32,000 bases of DNA from Okeania sp. (GTDB lineage: Bacteria; Cyanobacteriota; Cyanobacteriia; Cyanobacteriales; Microcoleaceae): contig NZ_JAYKGW010000052.1 of assembly GCF_035285525.1 (NCBI RefSeq), positions 1 through 32,000 on the forward strand, read 5' to 3'. The position numbers and the translations under genes were made by a program. Below the pieces are notes generated by a model. The model had not been told where the DNA came from and searched no databases. It saw only the letters and a program-made list of their open reading frames with translations. Shown one piece after another: positions 24,377-32,000 of the stretch. The stretch's first letter is position 1. Each line of letters opens with the position of its first letter.

Positions 24377-25342
24377 CTATTCTGAAGATTTATCAACATC
24401 AGTTTTCGGAGCAAAATCTGTATTTTCTTTCTCTGGTTTAAGAGTGTTAGAAACATGCTGAGAATTATTTGTATTTTCGGGAGACTTATCAACATCAATT
24501 TTCGGAGAAAAATCTGTATTCTTTGGCTCCTGTTCTAATTTTTTATCAACAGAATTTTGATAATTATGCATTTTTTCTGGAGGTTTTTCTACATCAATTT
24601 TCGGAGCAAAATCTGTAGTCTTTTTATCCGGTTCTAATTGATCAGAATGTTGCTGAGAAATTGGCACTAATGCAGAAAAATAAGGATTGTTTTTTGGTGT
24701 ATTGTATTGATTTAAAGATACCTGTTGCCAATGTTGTCGGTAGAGCAATTCTAACTCATTACCCGCTTTCCGAAAAACCTTCATTTGATTAAATAACAAA
24801 CTTTGAAATAATCGATAAAATACCAAACTAAAAATAGCCACTATCAAACCAGCAGCCGTACTAATTAAAGCTTCTCCAATACCTACTGTTACTCCTGCTG
24901 TCGAAGAAGTACCCAAATCACCCAAGCGAATAGAACCCAGGGAACCAATCAGACCCAAAACCGTCCCTAATAATCCTAGCATAGGAGCTAAAGCAATTAC
25001 TCCTTCTAGTAACTTATCTCCCTTGCGCATGGAGGCCAACTCATCCTCAGCAGCAGACTCCAGTGCCAATTTAAACACTTCTGGCTCTGGTTTTTGTAAT
25101 CTCAAAGGTGAATAGAGAAAACGACCAATAGGTTGTTTAATGGCACGTCTTGCCATTTCCGTTGCTATACTCCAGTCACGGCGTGCCGCTTCTAATACTC
25201 GGTTAACCGTTCGTTTTTCCCTAATTAACAGGTTTGTCCAGAACCATAGTCGATCGATTATGGTACTTAGGGATAAAATTGATAAAACTAACAGAGGCCA
25301 CATAGCAGGGCCTCCTTTTTGAATCAACTCTTCAAAAGTCAC
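24377..25342 (-). CDS. exbB: MotA/TolQ/ExbB-family proton channel with repeat-containing C-terminal tail
   Basis: GTG start with ggagtg [14 protein letters not shown]...[17 protein letters not shown]...[17 protein letters not shown] is the ExbB core. The tail has three TDF(A/S)PK(I/T)DV(E/D)K units. Confidence 0.85.
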   Translation of the reverse strand: MTFEELIQKGGPAMWPLLVLSILSLSTIIDRLWFWTNLLIREKRTVNRVLEAARRDWSIATEMARRAIKQPIGRFLYSPLRLQKPEPEVFKLALESAAEDELASMRKGDKLLEGVIALAPMLGLLGTVLGLIGSLGSIRLGDLGTSSTAGVTVGIGEALISTAAGLIVAIFSLVFYRLFQSLLFNQMKVFRKAGNELELLYRQHWQQVSLNQYNTPKNNPYFSALVPISQQHSDQLEPDKKTTDFAPKIDVEKPPEKMHNYQNSVDKKLEQEPKNTDFSPKIDVDKSPENTNNSQHVSNTLKPEKENTDFAPKTDVDKSSE

Positions 25343-25462
25343 AATATGTTCACTCCAGCACTTTCTAACTGATTATTTACTTGATACTTGTCTATTGTCT
25401 ATTTAGGGTTTGGTGAATTATTTATCAAAGTGTTTATGGGCATTGGTTTCAGCATTTACAAA

Positions 25463-25622
25463 GACTAATAAAGTACCAGCTTTTAGGTAATTCCAGTACG
25501 GTTCCCAAAAAATCATGCATTCTATTCTAGGATTTTGGGCAAGATATGAGTAGAAAATCAAGGTAAGGTTCTTCTAGCGACCTCTTCTATGATTCTCATT
25601 CCCATACTGATTCTGGATTCTG
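25463..25622. repeat. Family G repeat, inverted copy C
   Basis: The reverse complement reads cagaatccagaatcag...gaggtcgcta...cttgcccaaaat...aaaagctggtacttt. This parallels 15825-15964. Confidence 0.45.
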
Positions 25623-26340
25623 TTTGGGTTTGTGTAGCATCCCGTAGGGAAGCATGACAAACGGAAATTCTGGCTTATACCCTGACAAAAAGACTTTCCA
25701 TATGCAAACCCTATTTACTTTTTACTAAGTTCCTCATAACTATAGCGTTTCTCCAGCTCTTGAGGTAGATTATCTGTTTTTCTCTTTTTGTTCCCTGCTT
25801 CCTGTTCCCTCAAACCTAAATTTTTTCACAACTAAGCTGAAGACGTATTTAAAATGTGTCTTAGGACGTCAGATCAGGAAGCCCTGAGATTAGTGACATA
25901 CATGAAGTAATAAGGGTTGTTCTTGACTAGACACACAAAAAATATGTGGTTTAAATGTTTAACAGCTTATGGAAATTGCTATATTAAAATCTAATATACT
26001 ATAAAGAATATACATTGACTAAATTCATGTTAAATGATAGGATAAAACGTTAAAAAATATTAGTATTTTTATATGTTCTTTTTAGGCTTAATCTTTGTGT
26101 AAAGTTTCACCATACTTTTACCATTAACTTCAAAGACTGGTCTAAAAAAGAATCAAACGATCAGGTGCAGACTATTACATTAACTAAGTTTCAGACCCTT
26201 ATGATTAATTAAGGAAGTCTATGTTTCAATTTATATATTGCTTGTTAATAATGACCTCCCTAATTAATATTTAAAATGATTAGCTGCAAAATGTGGGGAT
26301 TAACATTAATTTAAAAAATATTTTGGGAATAGAGGTCGGT

Positions 26341-29300
26341 ATGACCAAGAAGTTATATTTCTCTCACCAAAGGAAATCTCCAAAATTTCATTATTTGGGA
26401 CAAAAGCCCACATTGACAATTTTTAGTAAACACCATCATAGTAACTGCAAGATGTTTATTCCCTCCATCAGTCAAGCTATTGATTATCATCCCCTTACCA
26501 CTTTACCTGAAACTCCTGTAGAAGATGTAATTGTCTCTATGAGTAGTACAGGTTCAAGTTGTGCACTTATTATAGAAAAATCTGATTCTGCTGATGCTAT
26601 AAAGACAGCAGAATCAGCCAATAATAGTACGGAACCCTCAGACCTCAAGCCAAGTGATAATTTTAACTGTTCCGATAGAAAAGCAAAATCTATAGGGCCA
26701 GTCATTGGTATATTTACTGAGCGAGATTTGGTACAGTTAGCCTCTATTGGCGCTCCTCTGAGTGGATTCCCAATTTCTAAAATTATGATTCGCTCCATCA
26801 TAACAGCTCGACTATCGGAAATTCAAGATATTTTTGCTCTCTTTGCACTATTGGAAAAACATCAAATTAGCCATTTACCAATTGTTAATGACTCAGAGGA
26901 ACTAATTGGTCTAGTTACTGGTCATAGTTTTATTCTCAATCAGCTTGAGATAAATAACAAAACTAAAAAATCAATAACTAAAAATGAAAAAAGACCACAT
27001 CTTGACCAGAATGGTATCGTAAATCAAGAATTGGAAACTGAGAAAAAAATCTTAAAAGATCAGAATAATTCACCATTATATTTAAAAACAAGTTTCAACT
27101 CATCTTTACAATTACCAGGGAGCTTAATCCAAATTAGTCAGCTTGAACAAAGCTATAAATCTCAAGTTGTTCAAGCTACATCATCTGCTTCAATTAGGCA
27201 CATTACTCAATTAATGTTTGCCCATAATGTTAATTATATTTTGATTACAGAAAACAAGTCTAGAATTCAGACAGATAGTCATCCCAAAAAACCAAATTCA
27301 CAGCCTCAAAAATCCAGCAAACTTATAGGTACAATTAGTACCAAAGATATAGTACAATTACAGGCATTAAATATAGACTTTAATATAACTAAAGCGGAAG
27401 TAGTTTGTAATAATTTACCAGTTTTAATACGCTCCCAGGCAAGTATAGAAGTAGCTTTAGGATTAATGCAAAAAAGATATTTCCTAGTACCTCTAATTGT
27501 GCAAGGTTCTACAGGAAAAATAGTTGATTTGATAACTCCTGGGAAAATTATTCAAAAAATATTTTTAAGTAAATCATTATATCAATCATTAATTCGCTTA
27601 CATAATTATATAGAACAAGTATCTATTCAATTACATCAAGCCGATGAAAAACTTAAGCAATCTGCTATTCAACGGAAAAAATTACAAGAAACTTACTCAA
27701 AAATACAAGATATTTCAGCTCTAGCTATTGAAGGAAATCAAGATGGAATTTGGGATTGGAACATCAAAACTAATGAAATATTTTACTCTTCTCAGTGGAA
27801 AAAAATGTTGGGTTATGAAGAGGATGAAATTTCCCATAATATTGATGAATGGTTGAATAGAGTTCATCCAGAGGATATAGAAAAAGTTAGTGCTGCTATT
27901 CAAGAACATTTATCTAAAAAAAATCCTGCTTATCGAATAGAATATCGAATTAAATGCAAAGATAATAATTTTATCTGGGTTCTTGACAGGGGAAAAGCAT
28001 TATGGAAATTAGGAGGCCCTGTGAGAATGGTGGGTACTTTTGTTAATATTACTAAGGTAAAAGAAAGAGAAATACAACAACGGTTGCAAACAAAAAATCA
28101 TAGGGAAGTAATTAATAATTTTCCGGAAATAGTGTGGCAAACCGATGGGCAAGGGAAGTTGATTTTTTTAAATGATAAATGGGAAAAAATTACAGGTTTT
28201 ACAACTGAAAATAGCTTAGGGAAAAGTTTTTTAGATTATATTCATCCAGAAGATATATATAAGTTAAGTTATCCAACAGAAGATCATGTAGAAAATACAG
28301 GTTCAAACAAATTAGTTGCAGGTTGCTATCAATTAAAATTGTTAACCAAAAATGGCGAATATTGTCCAATAGAAATGAAAAGTACATTGGTGATTGATAG
28401 CGAAAATAATATTAATGGTATGATCAGTACCCTAACTGATATTTCTGCAAATATTGCTAGTAAAGAACTTTTGCAATCAAGTGAAAAAGCAATCAGAGAA
28501 CTTTATGAAGTTACTTCAGTTGGAGATAGTTCTTTTGAAGGTCGAATAGTTGCATTATTAGAAATGGGATGCCGTCGGTTTGATATGGAAATAGGTTTAT
28601 TAGGGCAAGTTCTAGGAGAACGTTATGAAGTTATTGCAGCTCATTTACCAGACAACTTCTTATTTGGGATAGCTAAGGGAGATGCTTTCACCTTAGAACA
28701 AATCTTTGATCGAGAAGTATTGCGACACAATGATCCACTCGTGATTGAATCAGCTAAAGACTCTCAGTGGCGACATCATCCAGCTTATACGGTGCGTCGC
28801 GTGGCATCTTATATGGGTACAAAAGTTTTTGTCTCAGGAAGAGTTTATGGGACTCTCAGTTTTACCAGTCGCGTTGCCAAGAAGAAATGGAATTCAACGG
28901 ATATAGAGGTTTTAAAACTAATGGCAACTTATATTGGTAGTGAGTTGTTGCGACAAGATGAGACAGAAGCATTGAGAACAAAATATCAGCACTTCTTATT
29001 ACTGAAACAAATTACCCAAGAAATTCGTTCTAAGTTAGATACTAAAGAGATTGTTCAGACTACTGCTATCCAAATTGGACGAGTATTTGGAGTTAATCGT
29101 TGTTCTATTCATGGTTATGTTACTGATCCCTACCCACACCTTCCTTGTGTGGCAGAATATTTGGAAGCAAATTATGAATCAACACTGGATTTAGATATTG
29201 CTGTTACTTACAATTCTCATACGGAAAAATTATTAGCAGAAGATAAAGCGATCGCTTCTCCAGATGTATTTTCAGACTTGCTTTTAAAGTCATCTGCACC

Positions 29301-32000
29301 AATGTATCGGAGGTTAAAAGTTAGGTCGATGTTGGCAGTTCGGACCTCTTATCAAGGACAACCAAATGGCATTATTAATCTTCATCAATGTGATTATATG
29401 CGTCAGTGGAAACAGGATGAAATAGACTTGTTAGAAGAGGTGGCATCCCAGGTAGGATTAACATTAGCTCAAGCCCAAATTTTAGAGTCAGAAGTTAATC
29501 ATAAACAAGAATTAGAAGCTCATAATAAAGCTTTAGAACAAGCTCGACAAGCAGCAGAAGTAGCTAACCGTGCTAAAAGCGAATTTTTGGCAATGATGAG
29601 TCACGAAATTAGAACTCCAATGAATGGTGTAATTGGGATGACAAGTTTGTTATTAGATATGGATTTAACTATTGAACAACGAGATTTTGTGGAGACTATT
29701 CGCACCAGTGGAGATGCACTATTAACTATTATTAATGACATTCTTGACTTTACTAAAATTGAGTCTGGAAAACTGGAATTAGAACAAAATCCTTTAGATA
29801 TTAGAAACTGTGTTGAAGAAGCTCTAGAATTATTAGCACCAAGGGCAGCACATAAAAAATTAGAACTGGCTTGTTTGATTGATGATGCAGTGCCAGAAAT
29901 GATTGTAGGAGATGTGACTAGGCTACGACAAGTGTTGGTAAACTTACTAGGAAATGCTGTTAAATTCACAGAAACAGGAGAAGTAGTTGTTTATGTTAGT
30001 GCTAGAAAAATGAGTGATATTTATCAAGAAAACAATGTAGAAATAAATTACGAAGAAATATCTAACTTTATTGCTCCTGGTAAAATCACAGGTAATTATG
30101 AAATAGAATTTGCAGTTAAGGATACAGGTATTGGTATTCCTAGAGACCGAATGGATAGATTGTTTAAAGCTTTTTCTCAAGTAGATGCTTCTACAACTAG
30201 ACAATATGGTGGTACAGGTTTAGGATTAGCAATTAGTCAAAGATTGAGTGAGATGATGGATGGTCAAATGTGGGTGGTTTCTCAATCAGTAGAAATAAAC
30301 AATTTGCTAGGACAGAAAAAACCCAACTCACTGTTAAAAGTTAATCATAAAAATGGCAATGGCAACACTAATGGCAGAATAAATCAAGAGACTGGCGAGC
30401 ATATTGAGACTAATGATTTTATGGTGAATATTGCTGGAAATCCACCATCTCATTTTGTTAAACCAAAACCAGGAAAGAAAGGTTCAACCTTTTATTTTAC
30501 TATTAAAGCTAAAGCAATTACAATGCCAGTCCATGAAGAAAATGATAGTTTCTTAAAAGGTAAGGAGATATTAATTGTAGAAAATCATCCGGTTAATCAA
30601 GAGGTAATAAAACAACAGGTTCAGTCATGGGAAATGACACCTGTAGTTGCTAGTTCTGCTATTCAAGCTTTAGGTTGGTTGGAACAAGGAAAAACTTTTG
30701 ATATTGGGATTATTGCGATGAATCTTCCAGATATGGATGGGTTGACATTAGCTAGAAAAATTCGGAAATTGGAAACTAAACAAAATTCAAAACAAAGTAG
30801 CAATTCTGAGGCATTTTTACCGTTAATAATGTTCACCTATATTGACAAAGCAGAAGTTTTACGAGAATTGCAGGATGCCACAGTGAGTCTAGTTGGATTT
30901 GTGAATAAACCAGTCAAACAATCTCAGTTTTATAATGTTTTACTGCAAGTATTTGGAACTACAGAAACAGGAGAAGTTGATGCCAAAACTCCCAGTGCAG
31001 GTGTGAAATATTTCCAAGACTTGAGCGATAAAAGTAGCGATCGCGGTAATATCCGTATATTGTTAGCAGAAGACAATGTTGTCAATCAAAAAGTAGCAGT
31101 TCATTTACTAGAAAGAATAGGTTATCGTGCAGATGTGGTGGCGAATGGAATAGAAGTCTTGGATGCTCTCAAACGAGTCCCCTACGATGTGGTATTGATG
31201 GATGTGCAAATGCCTAATATGGATGGAATAGAAGCAACTCAAAAAATATGTGAGATTTACTCTGAAGAAAAACGTCCTTGGATTATTGCGATGACAGCTA
31301 ATGCGATGCAGGGCGATCGCGAGAAATGTCTAAATGCTGGTATGGATGATTATGTGACTAAACCTATTCATCGCGAAAAATTAGCACAAGCATTAAGCAG
31401 GTTCAAACCAAAACGAAACAAAACATCCCAATCTACCACTGATTCAACAAATGGAGTCGGTAGTGATTCATCATTTGCAAGTTCGACATTAGTGAAGATA
31501 GCTCCTCCCTCTCCTCAAAGGGGAGACGCTCCGAGGGGGAGAGGCGGAGAGAGGGAAAATCAAAAAACAATTCCTCAAAAAGAGGAACCTACTAATGGTA
31601 AAGTCAAGTCAACGGCTCCATTGGAGAAAATAATATCGGCAAAAAGTGCATTACCTGTTCTTGTACCTAAGAATACAGAAAAAGATTCACAGAAATTAGT
31701 AGAAGTTGATAATTTAATTGATGTGGATGCAAAGGATATGCAACTTACTGAAGAAACTACAGCGTTAAATTTAGATTTCTTAGACAAGATTTTAGAATCA
31801 AACGATGATCAAAAATCAGCACTCGATCCCAAAGTTATAGAAGACTTTCGCTCTCTTTATGATGATGAACCAGATACTCTAGCTATTTTAATACAAGACT
31901 ATCTTCTTGACGGGGAGAAACATATAAGTACAATTAGGAAGTCTATCAAAAAACATGATTATAAAGCACTAAAAGGAGCTGCTCATACATTTAAGTCTAG
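26341..32000 (+). CDS. Hybrid sensor histidine kinase, 3'-partial: CBS pair x2, PAS x2, GAF x2, HisKA, HATPase_c, pseudo-REC, REC, Hpt
   Basis: Frame 1 is open from 26284 to the window end. It is not in the ORF track because there is no stop. ATG 26341 has agagg upstream; ATG 26452 is an alternative. The H-box is [10 protein letters not shown] (His codon 29602-04). The G-boxes are DTGIGIP and [13 protein letters not shown]2 reads ILLAEDN...[12 protein letters not shown]...KP. The Hpt motif is GAAHTFKS (His codon 31984-86). Confidence 0.9.
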   Translation, partial: MTKKLYFSHQRKSPKFHYLGQKPTLTIFSKHHHSNCKMFIPSISQAIDYHPLTTLPETPVEDVIVSMSSTGSSCALIIEKSDSADAIKTAESANNSTEPSDLKPSDNFNCSDRKAKSIGPVIGIFTERDLVQLASIGAPLSGFPISKIMIRSIITARLSEIQDIFALFALLEKHQISHLPIVNDSEELIGLVTGHSFILNQLEINNKTKKSITKNEKRPHLDQNGIVNQELETEKKILKDQNNSPLYLKTSFNSSLQLPGSLIQISQLEQSYKSQVVQATSSASIRHITQLMFAHNVNYILITENKSRIQTDSHPKKPNSQPQKSSKLIGTISTKDIVQLQALNIDFNITKAEVVCNNLPVLIRSQASIEVALGLMQKRYFLVPLIVQGSTGKIVDLITPGKIIQKIFLSKSLYQSLIRLHNYIEQVSIQLHQADEKLKQSAIQRKKLQETYSKIQDISALAIEGNQDGIWDWNIKTNEIFYSSQWKKMLGYEEDEISHNIDEWLNRVHPEDIEKVSAAIQEHLSKKNPAYRIEYRIKCKDNNFIWVLDRGKALWKLGGPVRMVGTFVNITKVKEREIQQRLQTKNHREVINNFPEIVWQTDGQGKLIFLNDKWEKITGFTTENSLGKSFLDYIHPEDIYKLSYPTEDHVENTGSNKLVAGCYQLKLLTKNGEYCPIEMKSTLVIDSENNINGMISTLTDISANIASKELLQSSEKAIRELYEVTSVGDSSFEGRIVALLEMGCRRFDMEIGLLGQVLGERYEVIAAHLPDNFLFGIAKGDAFTLEQIFDREVLRHNDPLVIESAKDSQWRHHPAYTVRRVASYMGTKVFVSGRVYGTLSFTSRVAKKKWNSTDIEVLKLMATYIGSELLRQDETEALRTKYQHFLLLKQITQEIRSKLDTKEIVQTTAIQIGRVFGVNRCSIHGYVTDPYPHLPCVAEYLEANYESTLDLDIAVTYNSHTEKLLAEDKAIASPDVFSDLLLKSSAPMYRRLKVRSMLAVRTSYQGQPNGIINLHQCDYMRQWKQDEIDLLEEVASQVGLTLAQAQILESEVNHKQELEAHNKALEQARQAAEVANRAKSEFLAMMSHEIRTPMNGVIGMTSLLLDMDLTIEQRDFVETIRTSGDALLTIINDILDFTKIESGKLELEQNPLDIRNCVEEALELLAPRAAHKKLELACLIDDAVPEMIVGDVTRLRQVLVNLLGNAVKFTETGEVVVYVSARKMSDIYQENNVEINYEEISNFIAPGKITGNYEIEFAVKDTGIGIPRDRMDRLFKAFSQVDASTTRQYGGTGLGLAISQRLSEMMDGQMWVVSQSVEINNLLGQKKPNSLLKVNHKNGNGNTNGRINQETGEHIETNDFMVNIAGNPPSHFVKPKPGKKGSTFYFTIKAKAITMPVHEENDSFLKGKEILIVENHPVNQEVIKQQVQSWEMTPVVASSAIQALGWLEQGKTFDIGIIAMNLPDMDGLTLARKIRKLETKQNSKQSSNSEAFLPLIMFTYIDKAEVLRELQDATVSLVGFVNKPVKQSQFYNVLLQVFGTTETGEVDAKTPSAGVKYFQDLSDKSSDRGNIRILLAEDNVVNQKVAVHLLERIGYRADVVANGIEVLDALKRVPYDVVLMDVQMPNMDGIEATQKICEIYSEEKRPWIIAMTANAMQGDREKCLNAGMDDYVTKPIHREKLAQALSRFKPKRNKTSQSTTDSTNGVGSDSSFASSTLVKIAPPSPQRGDAPRGRGGERENQKTIPQKEEPTNGKVKSTAPLEKIISAKSALPVLVPKNTEKDSQKLVEVDNLIDVDAKDMQLTEETTALNLDFLDKILESNDDQKSALDPKVIEDFRSLYDDEPDTLAILIQDYLLDGEKHISTIRKSIKKHDYKALKGAAHTFKS

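Noticed and set aside
26487-31787. Six minus-strand ORFs in the track (26487-26801, 27721-27909, 28199-28387, 29601-29969, 29947-30204, 31575-31787)
   Set aside because: All lie antisense inside the continuous, domain-rich frame-1 sensor kinase ORF. They have low-complexity or hydrophobic shadow-like translations and no independent support.

Overview
AT-rich window with many HIP1 octamers (GCGATCGC), heptamer STRR tracts and many small dispersed or MITE-like repeats. With the gene content (DUF3119/DUF3086/plsY block, arsM/arsS, small HSP), this points to a filamentous Nostocales-type cyanobacterial chromosome. This taxonomic call is inference. The most interesting part is the left 4.8 kb, which reads as an accessory defence island with two adjacent two-gene modules. 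(i) A HipA-like core Ser/Thr kinase (518-1435) is followed by a HipS-like + HIRAN ORF. The conserved-looking N-terminus of that ORF has no ATG/GTG/TTG start and overlaps the kinase 3' end across an in-phase A_AAA_AAT -1 slippery heptamer inside an A6 tract. (ii) A PARIS-like pair follows: an ABC/AAA ATPase (2334-3701) and a DUF4435/Toprim protein (3763-4737). The rest is mostly housekeeping: MOSC protein, small HSP, RTX-type Ca-binding repeat protein, MlaE permease, DUF3119, DUF3086-like protein, PlsY, arsenosugar genes arsS and arsM, an OmpR-type response regulator, a DUF1838-like protein and exbB/exbD. A >5.6 kb hybrid sensor kinase (CBS-PAS-GAF-HisKA-HATPase-REC-REC-Hpt) runs off the right edge and is absent from the supplied ORF track because it is open-ended. 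Two decayed genes are present: an HNH remnant and a chimeric, multiply stopped P-loop ATPase. Two normally tight gene pairs (arsM/arsS and exbB/exbD) are separated by repeat-filled spacers. No tRNA, rRNA or CRISPR array was recognised. All family assignments come from motif recognition by eye; no searches were run.
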